Below are positions 38,510 through 48,349 of a stretch of 64,000 nucleotides of DNA, piece after piece. The notes under the pieces were generated by a model. It was given only the letters and a program-made list of their open reading frames with translations, made no database searches and was not told the origin of the DNA. The stretch's first letter is position 1, and each line of letters starts with the position of its first letter. A program made the position numbers and the translations under genes. This DNA is from an uncultured Bacteroidota bacterium (GTDB lineage Bacteria > Bacteroidota > Ignavibacteria > UBA10030 > UBA6906), in contig CAVOYH010000005.1 of the NCBI GenBank assembly GCA_963700635.1, positions 192,625 through 256,624 on the forward strand, written 5' to 3'.

Positions 38510-39849
38510 ACCCGCCCCGTTCAGCACGCCCCCGCCCACGATCCGGATATGCCGCCACGCTGCGATATCTGTACGGTCTGCAATACCGCGGGATCAAAGT
38601 CGGGCTGCGCAATATCCGCGCTCTCACCGCTTTTACCGATCATCCCGAACGGACATTTCCCTGTTTCCACCTCGCGGGTACAAACGGCAAGGGTTCAACC
38701 GCCTCCTTTCTTGCCTCGATTCTGACTGAGGCGGGATACCGAACGGGGCTCTACACATCCCCCCACCTTGTGAATTTTACCGAACGGATCCGGATCGACG
38801 GGGTTCCGATCCCCGAAGCGGCGCTCGTGCAGTACACGGACACACTCCGCCCGGTGATCGAGAAAACCGGTGCAACATTCTTCGAAGTGACAACATGTAT
38901 TGCCTTCCAGTATTTTGCCGACCAGAAGGTGGATGTTGCCGTCGTCGAAACTGGACTCGGGGGACGCCTTGACGCGACGAACGTCGTGATGCCTCTTGTC
39001 AGTATCATCACGAATATCGGACTTGACCATCAGGAGATACTCGGGAATTCCGTCCGCAGTATCGCACGCGAGAAAGCGGGTATCATCAAGAGTGGCAGCC
39101 CCGTGGTTACGATGGCGGAGGGGGAAGCGCTTGACGTGATCAGGCAAACCGCCCGCCGCAGGCGAACCCCTCTGTTTCTGGCGGAAGACGTTGTCCAGAT
39201 CAGCGTGGCCGGTACACGTGCCGGAGCATCGATCATCTCTCTTCGCTCAGATTCCCGGACGGTCAGTCGAGCCCGATTGGGTGTTCCCGGGGACCATCAG
39301 GTCAAGAATGCGGCGCTGGCGGTGGCTTCGCTTTCACTCGTAAAATCCCGGGGGTTGTTCGGCAAGGCCGGACCGGATGCCATACGAAGGGGTCTCGCAA
39401 GGGTCAACCGGAACACCGGATTACGGGCGAGGATGGAATTGATCCGGACGGCATGGGCTGACGTCTATGTGGATGTCGGGCACAATCCGGAGGGGATACA
39501 AACGGTTGCCGAGTCGTTTCTGAAGCGAAAAATGCGGTTTGGCTGCGCGGTATTCGGGGCCATGAGGGACAAGGATACGAGCGCCATGCTGGAAGCGCTG
39601 GCTGCATGTGCAGAAACCATCGTGATTGTCCGGCCCCGGACCCCGCGGGCGGCCACGGTCGTATCGCTTATGCGGAAGGGTAGGCAGCTCGGGCTGGATG
39701 TCCGGAGGGGTGGAGATGTTGTCCGGGGGATCAAAACGGCTCAATCCCTTGTTCATACTGTAACAGGAGAGCGCCCTCCCCGTATACTCATCATAGGATC
39801 TCATTTTCTGGCAGGTGAAGCCCTGTCAGCTCTTGAGAAAAACTCTTGA
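38506..39849 (+). CDS. folC: Bifunctional folylpolyglutamate synthase/dihydrofolate synthase
   Basis: Mur-ligase P-loop 'HLAGTNGKGST', 'VVETGLGGRLDATN', 'ITNIGLDHQE'. Confidence 0.85.
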   Translation: MNPPRSARPRPRSGYAATLRYLYGLQYRGIKVGLRNIRALTAFTDHPERTFPCFHLAGTNGKGSTASFLASILTEAGYRTGLYTSPHLVNFTERIRIDGVPIPEAALVQYTDTLRPVIEKTGATFFEVTTCIAFQYFADQKVDVAVVETGLGGRLDATNVVMPLVSIITNIGLDHQEILGNSVRSIAREKAGIIKSGSPVVTMAEGEALDVIRQTARRRRTPLFLAEDVVQISVAGTRAGASIISLRSDSRTVSRARLGVPGDHQVKNAALAVASLSLVKSRGLFGKAGPDAIRRGLARVNRNTGLRARMELIRTAWADVYVDVGHNPEGIQTVAESFLKRKMRFGCAVFGAMRDKDTSAMLEALAACAETIVIVRPRTPRAATVVSLMRKGRQLGLDVRRGGDVVRGIKTAQSLVHTVTGERPPRILIIGSHFLAGEALSALEKNS

Positions 39850-39874
39850 CATCTTTCTTGAAATGACATATATT
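39846..39874 (+). promoter_or_regulatory. Consensus sigma70 promoter of rho
   Basis: TTGACA-17 nt-TATATT. It overlaps the folC stop and precedes a roughly 170-nt leader. Confidence 0.6.
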
Positions 39875-40043
39875 TCCGGTGCTGTAGCAAGTCGCTTCAT
39901 TCCCTTTTTCCACATCGACTTATCTCAATCACACGTCCATCCGAAATTCCGTTCCTGAATTCCCGGGCGCTTTGCCCTTGACAGGCTGTTGTCAGGGTGA
40001 GGTTGCTGCTCCTTCATTCTCTTACTCGTGAGGTTCTCCTTCC

Positions 40044-41297
40044 ATGTCTATGGACATCTCAGAGCTCAAATCCAAGAAAATTGTAGAGCTCAATCAGATT
40101 GCCAAAGAGCTGAACATCAATGGCTACAGTGACCTGCGGAAGCAGGAACTGATCTTCAAAATTCTTGAAGCGCAAACCGAGCAGGGCGGACTCAGTTTCA
40201 GCCGCGGTGTGCTCGAAGTGCTGCCCGACGGTTACGGGTTTCTCCGGTCGGTCGACTACAACTATCTTCCCTCGCCCGACGACATTTACGTCTCACCGTC
40301 GCAGATCAAAAAGTTCAATCTGCGCACGGGTGACAGCGTCAGCGGTCAGGTACGCCCGCCCAAGGAAGGAGAGCGTTTCTTCGCGCTCCTGCGGGTTGAA
40401 GCCGTCAACGACGAGAATCCGGAGAGTATTCGCGAGCGTGTGCTGTTCGATAACCTCACGCCTCTGTATCCAAACTCCGCGATCAAGCTTGAAACCGCGC
40501 CGGGTGAATATTCGATGCGCATCATGGATATGCTCACCCCGGTCGGGAAGGGCCAGCGCGGTATGATCGTCTCCCCGCCCAAGGCAGGAAAGACAATCCT
40601 TCTCCAGAAGATCGCCAACAGTATCAGCCGGAACCATCCGGAAGTGAAGCTCATCGTGTTGCTGATCGATGAACGCCCGGAAGAAGTGACGGACATGGAG
40701 CGCTCGGTGAACGCCGAGGTGGTGAGTTCCACCTTTGATGAACCACCTGAACGTCACGTACAGGTATCGGATATGGTTCTGGAGAAGGCCAAGCGGCTTG
40801 TTGAAGCGCGGCGGGATGTTGTCATCCTGCTGGACAGTATTACACGCCTTGCCCGGGCGCACAACACGGTAGTCCCGCATTCCGGCAAGATCCTGTCCGG
40901 CGGTGTGGACGCAAACGCCCTGCACAAGCCAAAACGTTTCTTCGGCGCCGCGCGTAACATCGAGGAAGGGGGCAGCCTGACGATCGTTGCCACGGCCCTC
41001 ATCGAGACGGGAAGCCGCATGGACGAAGTGATCTTCGAGGAATTTAAGGGCACAGGAAACATGGAAATCGTGCTCGACCGGAAACTCAGCGACCGCCGCG
41101 TGTTCCCGGCCATGGACGTCAACCGTTCCGGAACGCGTAAAGAAGAGTTGTTGATCGACGCCGACGATTTGAACCGGATCTGGATCCTCCGGAAACTCTT
41201 TGCCGAAATGAATACGGTCGAGGGGATGGACTTCCTGATGGAGAAGATGCGCGGCACAAAATCCAACAAGGAATTCCTCCGTTCGATGAGCAGCTAA
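40044..41297 (+). CDS. rho: Transcription termination factor Rho
   Basis: '[20 protein letters not shown]', the RNA-binding 'GYGFLR', Walker A 'SPPKAGKT', and '[11 protein letters not shown]'. Confidence 0.95.
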   Translation: MSMDISELKSKKIVELNQIAKELNINGYSDLRKQELIFKILEAQTEQGGLSFSRGVLEVLPDGYGFLRSVDYNYLPSPDDIYVSPSQIKKFNLRTGDSVSGQVRPPKEGERFFALLRVEAVNDENPESIRERVLFDNLTPLYPNSAIKLETAPGEYSMRIMDMLTPVGKGQRGMIVSPPKAGKTILLQKIANSISRNHPEVKLIVLLIDERPEEVTDMERSVNAEVVSSTFDEPPERHVQVSDMVLEKAKRLVEARRDVVILLDSITRLARAHNTVVPHSGKILSGGVDANALHKPKRFFGAARNIEEGGSLTIVATALIETGSRMDEVIFEEFKGTGNMEIVLDRKLSDRRVFPAMDVNRSGTRKEELLIDADDLNRIWILRKLFAEMNTVEGMDFLMEKMRGTKSNKEFLRSMSS

Positions 41298-41316
41298 GAA
41301 TCACAGGAGATTTGTA

Positions 41317-42498
41317 ATGGAAGACGTTGTCCTTGCTGGCTCGTGCCGGACCCCGATCGGGAGCTTCCAGGGAACCTTAAGTTCACTCCCCGCTCCCCGC
41401 CTGGGTGCGATTGTCATTCGTGAAGCCTTGCAACGGGCGGGCATTAAACCCGACCAGGTTGACGAAGTGATCATGGGGAACGTCATACAGGCCGGCGTCG
41501 GACAGGCTCCGGCGCGCCAGGCAACCCTGTTTGCCGGGCTGCCGGATAGTGTTGAGACCATGACGATCAACAAAGTGTGCGGGTCCGGACTGAAGGCTGT
41601 CATGCTGGCAGTGCAGGCCATCCAGGTGGGAGATGCGGAAATTATTGTTGCGGGCGGTATGGAAAGTATGTCAAACGCCCCGTATCTTCTTGAAAAGGCG
41701 CGCGCGGGGTATCGCCTGGGGAACGGCGAGATAGCCGACGCGCTGTACCGCGACGGACTGGTGGATGTGTACCACAACTACCTCATGGGCAACGCCGCCG
41801 AGCTCTGTGCAAAGGAGTGTGGCATCAGCAGGGAAGGCCAGGATGCGTACGCGATAACCAGCTACACACGCGCGCAGGAAGCGCAGCGGAGTGGCGCCTT
41901 TACGAAGGAAATTGTTCCCGTCGAAATAAAGGGACGCAAAGACGAAATTACCCGTGTTACCGACGACGAGGACGTCACCAAGACCAACTTCGAAAAGATC
42001 CCTTCGCTCCGTCCCGCGTTTACAAAAGACGGAACAGTCACGGCCGCCAATGCATCGAAGATCAGCGACGGTGCGGCTGCGGTCGTGGTGATGTCAGCGA
42101 AAAAGGCGGCCCAGCTCGGCGTCAAGCCCCAGGCCCGCGTCGTGCGTCAGGCGTCGTTTGCCAAGGCTCCGGAGTGGTTTACGACGGCGCCCGCCGATGT
42201 GATTGCCAGGGTTCTGAAAAAGAGCGGTCTTGCGGTAGCGGATATCGATCTGTTCGAGGTGAATGAAGCGTTTGCGGTTGTTTCACTGGCCGTGAACAAA
42301 CTCGCGGGCCTGGATCCCGCGAAGGTGAATGTTCATGGAGGCGCGGTCGCGATTGGCCATCCATTGGGCGCCAGCGGTGCGCGGATTCTCGTGACACTTC
42401 TTCACGCCCTCGAACGTCACAACAAACGGCGCGGACTTGCTTCACTCTGTATCGGTGGGGGAGAAGCCAGCGGTATCATCGTAGAACGTCTCTCCTGA
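41317..42498 (+). CDS. Acetyl-CoA C-acetyltransferase (thiolase II)
   Basis: Active-site 'NKVCGSGLKA', 'NVHGGAVAIGHPLGASG', 'LCIGGGEA'. Confidence 0.9.
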   Translation: MEDVVLAGSCRTPIGSFQGTLSSLPAPRLGAIVIREALQRAGIKPDQVDEVIMGNVIQAGVGQAPARQATLFAGLPDSVETMTINKVCGSGLKAVMLAVQAIQVGDAEIIVAGGMESMSNAPYLLEKARAGYRLGNGEIADALYRDGLVDVYHNYLMGNAAELCAKECGISREGQDAYAITSYTRAQEAQRSGAFTKEIVPVEIKGRKDEITRVTDDEDVTKTNFEKIPSLRPAFTKDGTVTAANASKISDGAAAVVVMSAKKAAQLGVKPQARVVRQASFAKAPEWFTTAPADVIARVLKKSGLAVADIDLFEVNEAFAVVSLAVNKLAGLDPAKVNVHGGAVAIGHPLGASGARILVTLLHALERHNKRRGLASLCIGGGEASGIIVERLS

Positions 42499-42585
42499 TG
42501 TGAGTCCTGGCCGGTCCGGGCGCTCCTCACACATCACGTATGAAGTGACTGTCACAAAACGATGAACCAACGAGACCGGGAGATT

Positions 42586-43455
42586 ATGGAAATCAACACT
42601 GTTCTTGTTATAGGCGCGGGGACCATGGGCAACGGAATCGCCCATGTGTTCGCGCAGTACGGACACAACGTCTTGCTCCTCGATGTGCAGCAGCAGTTCC
42701 TTGAGAGGGGGATGGGGACGATTGCCGGCAATCTGGACCGTCAGGTCAAAAAGGCCGTCCTGACCGAGGAAGAGAGCCGGAAGACGCTGGCCCGCATTTC
42801 ACCCACCACCGATCTGAAGACCGCGGCAGGCAAGGCCGATCTTGTTATCGAGGCCGCAACAGAGCATCTTGAGACAAAGAAGTCCCTCTTTAAAGAACTC
42901 GATCGCGCCGCCCGTCCGGGCGTAATTCTCGCCAGTAACACCTCTTCCATTTCCATCACCGTGCTCGGTTCCGCCACATCCCGTCCCGACCGGGTGATCG
43001 GGATGCACTTCATGAATCCCGTCCCGGTCATGAAGCTCGTCGAGGTTATCCGCGGGCATGCCACATCTGATGACACCACGCAGCAGGTGGTTGCCCTGTG
43101 CCAGCGGCTTGAGAAAAGTCCGGTTGAAGTGAACGACTATCCGGGCTTTGTGGCCAACCGGATCCTGATGCCGATGATCAATGAGGCCATCGCCTGCGTG
43201 ATGGAGGGTGTGGCCACGCCCGAAGCAATCGATGCGGTAATGAAACTCGGCATGGGCCATCCCATGGGGCCGCTCACGCTGGCCGATTTTATAGGGCTTG
43301 ACGTCTGTCTCGCGATTCTGGAAGTGATGCACGAAGGGTTGGGAGACCCGCGTTACAGGCCTTCGCCGCTCCTGAAGAAAATGGTTGCGGCGGGGCAGCT
43401 CGGAAGAAAAACCGGACAGGGGTTTTATCCCTACGGTGGAAAGAAAACGTCATGA
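42586..43455 (+). CDS. 3-hydroxybutyryl-CoA / 3-hydroxyacyl-CoA dehydrogenase
   Basis: Rossmann '[12 protein letters not shown]', 'NTSSISIT', '[15 protein letters not shown]', 'GFVANRIL'. Start chosen at ATG 42586 (GGGAG upstream); the track ORF starts at 42562. Confidence 0.85.
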   Translation: MEINTVLVIGAGTMGNGIAHVFAQYGHNVLLLDVQQQFLERGMGTIAGNLDRQVKKAVLTEEESRKTLARISPTTDLKTAAGKADLVIEAATEHLETKKSLFKELDRAARPGVILASNTSSISITVLGSATSRPDRVIGMHFMNPVPVMKLVEVIRGHATSDDTTQQVVALCQRLEKSPVEVNDYPGFVANRILMPMINEAIACVMEGVATPEAIDAVMKLGMGHPMGPLTLADFIGLDVCLAILEVMHEGLGDPRYRPSPLLKKMVAAGQLGRKTGQGFYPYGGKKTS

Positions 43456-44597
43456 CCTTTACGTTTAGTGAAACGCAGTTGATGATACGCGAAACCGCCC
43501 GGAAATTTGCCCGGGATCGTCTGGCTCCGGGGTCGATAGAGCGGGATGAACATGCGAAATTCCCGACCGAGGAAATCCGCGAGCTGGGGGCCCTCGGCTT
43601 TATGGGCATGATGGTGCCGGAAGAGTGGCAGGGGAGCGGGCTGGATACCGTGAGTTATGTCCTTGCAGAAGAGGAGATCTCACGGGTGGATGCATCCTGC
43701 GGCGTGATTATGTCCGTGAACAACTCCCTGGTCTGCTACGGTATCAACGAATATGGAACTGAATTTCAAAAAACTGCGTTCCTGAAAGAACTGGCCTCGG
43801 GGCGCAAACTGGGGGCTTTCGCGCTTTCGGAACCGGAAGCCGGCAGCGATGCGTCGAACCTGCGCACGACCGCCAGGAAGGATGGCGACAGGTACCTGCT
43901 GAACGGCACAAAAAACTGGACCACAAACGGCTCCACTGCCGACCTGGTGCTGGTAATGGCAGCGACGGATTCGAGCAAAGGGTCGAAGGGGATCAGCACC
44001 TTTGTCGTCGAGAAGGGATCCCCGGGCTTTGAGATTGCAAAGAAAGAGAAGAAACTGGGGATCCGCAGTTCCGATACGGTATCAATTTCGTTTACCGACT
44101 GCACCGTGCCTGCCGCGAACCGGATCGGGGAAGAAGGGGATGGATTCCGGTTTGCGATGAAGACGCTGGAGGGTGGTCGTATTGGTATTGCGGCTCAGGC
44201 GCTGGGCATTGCACAGGCGTCGCTGGATGCTTCCATCGCATATGCGAAGGAACGGAAGGCTTTCGGACAGCCGATTGCCCAATTGCAGGCGATTCAATTT
44301 AAGATTGCCGACATGGCCACGCAGGTTGAGGCAGCGCGTGCACTCGTGCTCAAAGCCGCCTGGTTAAAAGACCAGAACCAATCCTATGGCTCAGCCGCCG
44401 CCATGGCAAAACTGTATGCATCAAAAGTGGCGGTACAGGCCGCACTCGAAGCCATCCAGATCCACGGCGGGTACGGCTACGTTCAGGAGTATCTGGTTGA
44501 ACGGTATCTGCGGGACGCCAAGGTGACGGAGATTTATGAAGGGACATCAGAGATTCAGCGTATCGTCATTGCCCGTTCGTTGCTCAGAGATTCTTAA
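43452..44597 (+). CDS. Acyl-CoA dehydrogenase (short-chain/butyryl-CoA type)
   Basis: '[12 protein letters not shown]', '[10 protein letters not shown]', and '[16 protein letters not shown]' (catalytic Glu region). Overlaps the hbd stop by 4 nt. Confidence 0.9.
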   Translation: MTFTFSETQLMIRETARKFARDRLAPGSIERDEHAKFPTEEIRELGALGFMGMMVPEEWQGSGLDTVSYVLAEEEISRVDASCGVIMSVNNSLVCYGINEYGTEFQKTAFLKELASGRKLGAFALSEPEAGSDASNLRTTARKDGDRYLLNGTKNWTTNGSTADLVLVMAATDSSKGSKGISTFVVEKGSPGFEIAKKEKKLGIRSSDTVSISFTDCTVPAANRIGEEGDGFRFAMKTLEGGRIGIAAQALGIAQASLDASIAYAKERKAFGQPIAQLQAIQFKIADMATQVEAARALVLKAAWLKDQNQSYGSAAAMAKLYASKVAVQAALEAIQIHGGYGYVQEYLVERYLRDAKVTEIYEGTSEIQRIVIARSLLRDS

Positions 44598-44640
44598 ATC
44601 CATACTGTCCCATCATCAGTACTACTATTCCGGAGGATGA

Positions 44641-45138
44641 ATGATGAAACGTACATGTTTGTCGTTGGGTCTCATCGCCCTGCTCGCAGTCTTAATGTCG
44701 GACGTCTCGCAGGCACAGGCCCCTAAATGGGTCATCGGCGGCAACATGGGGCTCACCATCGGTTCAGGTCTGGGGTCAACAAGTGCGGGGTTTTCCTTCG
44801 GCCCCATGGCCGAAGTGATATTCAACCGCCAGCTGGCCATAGGAACGGAGTTTAATATCAATACCACGACCGGTACGCCTATCGAATGGTCCAATTATTT
44901 CAAGTACTATATTGCTTCCGGCAGCACGAAGATCAAGCCATATGTTGACGGTGGCCTGGGGCTGCTGTTTGTCACCGGCGGGCCGTATTTCGGCATCCGG
45001 TTCGGGGGAGGCGCCGGCTTTCTGGTCTCCAAAGGAATGTGGATCGGGCCGGATCTTCAATTGGGACCCGTGTTTGCCACGGGTGTAACCATCTTCTACA
45101 TTATGATCCGTGGCGGGTTCCGTTACGAATTGCCGTAA
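44641..45138 (+). CDS. Small outer-membrane beta-barrel protein
   Basis: Signal MMKRTCLSLGLIALLAVLMSDVSQAQA. Gly/aromatic-rich alternating strands. Confidence 0.55.
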   Translation: MMKRTCLSLGLIALLAVLMSDVSQAQAPKWVIGGNMGLTIGSGLGSTSAGFSFGPMAEVIFNRQLAIGTEFNINTTTGTPIEWSNYFKYYIASGSTKIKPYVDGGLGLLFVTGGPYFGIRFGGGAGFLVSKGMWIGPDLQLGPVFATGVTIFYIMIRGGFRYELP

Positions 45139-45196
45139 GGTTTTTTCCAAACACCCGCGGGCGCGGGGATACTGTTCACTTCTGGAGACTTCCACG

Positions 45197-45823
45197 ATGA
45201 AACGCGTTCTACTGGTTATTGGTTTGGTGCTGCTTGTTGCTCAGTTCTCTGCCGCGCAGTTCAGTTTTGGTGGCGGCGGGCACCTGGGCTTATCCATCTC
45301 CTCGTTTCCTGAAGGGTTAAAGGACTATTACGGAATGGGATTTGGGGGAGGCGCTCACGCCGATGCAAATGTCCTTCGTTTTCTCACGGTCCGACTGAAT
45401 ATCGATTATCATACGTTCGGTTTTGACAACAAGAAGTTGGAAGAGCAACTTGCCCAGGCAAACGCCGTAGCTGCCTCTGAAATTGGTGTAACGGGGTTGC
45501 GGGCCAATGTTCTGGGATTCACGATTAACGGCATCGGGAAGATCCCGATGAAGTCGGTGGTCACTCCGTATGGCCTGGTCGGACTCGGTATTCATATGAT
45601 CAGCGTTAGTGATCCCAAAGTCTCCTACCAGGGGCAGGATGTGACTGCTCAGGTTGGGCTCTCAAAAGGCGAATCAGAAACGAAATTTGGCGTGAATTTC
45701 GGCGCAGGTACGGAGTTTTCATTCGGAAACGTCAAGGCCTACATCGAATTCAAGTATGTGATCATCTTCACGAAGGACAAGAGCACAGCCCATATTCCGA
45801 TTACCATTGGAGTCGGGATATAG
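45197..45823 (+). CDS. Small outer-membrane beta-barrel protein (porin-family-like)
   Basis: The ATG at 45197 gives signal MKRVLLVIGLVLLVAQFSAAQ. 'FGVNFGAGTEFSF' and 'AYIEFKY' are strand motifs. Confidence 0.55.
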   Translation: MKRVLLVIGLVLLVAQFSAAQFSFGGGGHLGLSISSFPEGLKDYYGMGFGGGAHADANVLRFLTVRLNIDYHTFGFDNKKLEEQLAQANAVAASEIGVTGLRANVLGFTINGIGKIPMKSVVTPYGLVGLGIHMISVSDPKVSYQGQDVTAQVGLSKGESETKFGVNFGAGTEFSFGNVKAYIEFKYVIIFTKDKSTAHIPITIGVGI

Positions 45824-45899
45824 CTTTTAGCCACAAATCCGCCTGCTATATGCGTTTTCCCGGCCGGTTGGGGTGGAAGTAGCGTGGGAAAAGGTGAGC

Positions 45900-45928
45900 T
45901 TGACTGGGAGGGGAAGGTTTCATATATT
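45900..45928 (+). promoter_or_regulatory. Sigma70-like promoter of the third OMP gene
   Basis: TTGACT-17 nt-TATATT. Confidence 0.5.
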
Positions 45929-45998
45929 GATCCGTCGTACGAATCCCTTTTGGGGGTACGGAATTTACACTAATCTCCAACACTTGCGGAGTTTTACT

Positions 45999-46583
45999 AT
46001 GAAGAAGTTGGCGCTTGTTGCTACTGTGGTGGCTCTTGCTTTACTCGTTTCTTTTAATGCCCAGGCCCAGGGTAAGATGGCTGGCAGCGTTGGCGCAGAA
46101 ATCCTCATCCCCATGGGCAGCTTCAGCGATGCGGCGAAGCTCGGAATCGGCGGAACGGCCCAGTTCGAGTATATGCTGAACCCGAACATTGCTCTCACAG
46201 GCAAGGCCGGGTATATCACCTGGGGTGCAAAAACCGGAGACGCGACGCTTGGCGGTAGCGATGTCTCTGCATCCTGGAGCGGCATACCCATCCTGGTTGG
46301 CGGAAAGTACTACTTCCAGCCCGAAGGCAAGACCCGTTTCTACGGACAGTTCGAACTCGGCCTCTTCCTCTTCTCCTTTAGCACGAAGGTCACTATCCCT
46401 AACTTCGGTACGCAGGAGTATTCCGGTTCTTCCAGCGAGTTCACGATTGCTCCGGCCGTTGGTGTTGAGATCCCGGCAGGACCCAAAGGCGCAATTGACG
46501 TTTCCGCACGTTTCTGGGGAATCCTCTCATCGGGTGGATCCTCGAACATCGGTGTGCGTGCCGCTTACAAGTTCCTGTTCTAA
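45999..46583 (+). CDS. Small outer-membrane beta-barrel protein
   Basis: The ATG at 45999 gives signal MKKLALVATVVALALLVSFNAQAQ. Ends '...GVRAAYKFLF' with a terminal Phe. Confidence 0.6.
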   Translation: MKKLALVATVVALALLVSFNAQAQGKMAGSVGAEILIPMGSFSDAAKLGIGGTAQFEYMLNPNIALTGKAGYITWGAKTGDATLGGSDVSASWSGIPILVGGKYYFQPEGKTRFYGQFELGLFLFSFSTKVTIPNFGTQEYSGSSSEFTIAPAVGVEIPAGPKGAIDVSARFWGILSSGGSSNIGVRAAYKFLF

Positions 46584-46603
46584 GAGTAGCTGAGTTGTAC
46601 AGA

Positions 46604-46632
46604 AAGGAAGCCCCCGGGCTTCCTTTTTTTTT
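46604..46632 (+). terminator. Rho-independent terminator
   Basis: aaggaagccc-cc-gggcttcctt followed by a T-run (tccTTTTTTTTT). Confidence 0.8.
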
Positions 46633-46639
46633 AGCTCCT

Positions 46640-47722
46640 ATGAAGACTATGCGTACAATACTGATAAGCCTGCTGGCCCTGCTGGCCGGAGTCTGGTTTT
46701 TTCCGGAAGTCCTTCCGAGAGGCCTCTCAGCGTCCGGACTGGCCCCCCGCAGCCCGGAGTCTGCCACCATCGCCCGGGCGGACAGCATCCCGCAGTCCAA
46801 CCCGGACTCTGCTATCCTGGTGATGAGGTTTGCGGGAGACTGCCTGCTTGGCGGGCACTATGAAACGGCGGCCCGGGAAAATGTAGGTCTGGCATTCGAG
46901 GGATTCGACCTTTTTCACACCGCCGATATCGCGCTTGTGAATCTGGAGAACCCCGTTACAACCCGCGGCAGGAAGGTTCCCAAACCATATAATTTCCGCA
47001 TGCACCCCCGCTTTGTGGCCGCTCTGACCGGTGCAGGGATCGGCGTGGTGACTATCGCCAATAATCACGTGTTTGATTATGGCAATGAAGGACTTTTTGA
47101 TACATTTTTGTATCTTGATTCGGCCGGGATCCGCTACGTCGGAGCCGGACGGAATATGGCCGAAGCCCGCCGTCCGTACACGCTTCAGAAAAAGGCGCAC
47201 TCTGTCGCGGTACTTGGATATTATGGCGGAGGCGAAGCCCCCGGGGCCACACTCCGGCGGCCCGGCGTCGCACGCCGGGACCTGCGGACGATCACCGAGG
47301 ATGTCCGTGCGTTGGTGGACGCGGATTCAACGACGTACATCATTGTCGTGTTGCACTGGGGCACCGAAAAAGCAGAGGTCCCGGATCAGGGACAGCGCGC
47401 CTTTGCCCGGGCGCTTGTTGATGCAGGCGTGGATGCCGTGATCGGCCATCATCCGCACGTGCTTCAGGGGATCGAACGATATCGTCACGGGGTGATTGTC
47501 TACTCGCTTGGAAATTTTGTTTTTGGCGGCAACAGCCGTCATACCTATGACACAGGGATTTTTGAGATTGTGCTGCGCGACCAGCAACCCTCGTACAGGT
47601 TTATCCCCATCGGTGTCCGCCAATGGCGGGTACGGGTTCTTGAAGGGGAAGACGGAGAGCGTGTCCTTACGAAGATACGCTCCCTTTCTCAAGTGTTTCC
47701 ATTATCTTTCTTCACACAATAA
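46640..47722 (+). CDS. CapA-family (PGA_cap) metallophosphatase-like protein
   Basis: Signal/TM MKTMRTILISLLALLAGVWF. 'GDCLLGGHYE', 'VVTIANNHVFDYG', 'VVLHWGTE', 'VIGHHPHVLQG', 'YSLGNFVF'. Confidence 0.75.
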   Translation: MKTMRTILISLLALLAGVWFFPEVLPRGLSASGLAPRSPESATIARADSIPQSNPDSAILVMRFAGDCLLGGHYETAARENVGLAFEGFDLFHTADIALVNLENPVTTRGRKVPKPYNFRMHPRFVAALTGAGIGVVTIANNHVFDYGNEGLFDTFLYLDSAGIRYVGAGRNMAEARRPYTLQKKAHSVAVLGYYGGGEAPGATLRRPGVARRDLRTITEDVRALVDADSTTYIIVVLHWGTEKAEVPDQGQRAFARALVDAGVDAVIGHHPHVLQGIERYRHGVIVYSLGNFVFGGNSRHTYDTGIFEIVLRDQQPSYRFIPIGVRQWRVRVLEGEDGERVLTKIRSLSQVFPLSFFTQ

Positions 47723-47731
47723 GGAGCTCCA

Positions 47732-48340
47732 ATGAAGTCACGTGGTTGCCTCATAACCGCCGCGGTTCTTATCGTGATTGCAGTTGTGGTGTTCGGGATT
47801 TTTTCCTGGGGCCTCAACATCTATAATAACCTGGTGACACAGGATGAAGGCGTCCGCTCCGCATGGAGTCAGGTGGAGACGCAATATCAGCGGCGAATGG
47901 ACCTGATTCCCAATCTCGTGAGCACGGTGCAGGGCTTTGCGAAACAGGAACTCGCAGTGTTCCAGGGCGTTGCGGAAGCGCGCGCAAAGGTCGGACAATT
48001 GACGGTCACCAAAGAGGTTCTGGAAGATCCTCAGGCGTTTGCCCGGTTCCAGCAGGCACAGGACCAACTTTCATCGGCGCTCTCCCGATTGCTTGTTGTG
48101 TCAGAACAGTATCCGCAGATAAAGTCCAATGAGAACTTCATGGATCTCCAGAAACAACTGGAGGGAACCGAAAACCGGATCACGGTTGCCCGGACACGGT
48201 TTAACGAGACGGTGCAGGTGTACAACACCACCATCCGCCGTTTCCCCGGATCAATTGTCGCCGGCTTTACCGGTTTCAAAGAGAAGGCATATTTCGCGGC
48301 GAAGGCCGGAGCGGAAGACGCACCCAAGGTGCAGTTCTAA
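47732..48340 (+). CDS. LemA-family membrane protein
   Basis: N-terminal TM, 'YNNLV...EGVRSAWSQVETQYQRRMDLIPNLV', 'RTRFNETVQVYNTTIRRFPGSIVAG'. Confidence 0.85.
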   Translation: MKSRGCLITAAVLIVIAVVVFGIFSWGLNIYNNLVTQDEGVRSAWSQVETQYQRRMDLIPNLVSTVQGFAKQELAVFQGVAEARAKVGQLTVTKEVLEDPQAFARFQQAQDQLSSALSRLLVVSEQYPQIKSNENFMDLQKQLEGTENRITVARTRFNETVQVYNTTIRRFPGSIVAGFTGFKEKAYFAAKAGAEDAPKVQF

Positions 48341-48349
48341 CGAACAATC

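Noticed and set aside
37225-38539. Two overlapping minus-strand ORFs (339 and 350 aa)
   Set aside because: They are antisense to pyrK/pyrD, both of which are clearly real. The sequences are low-complexity.
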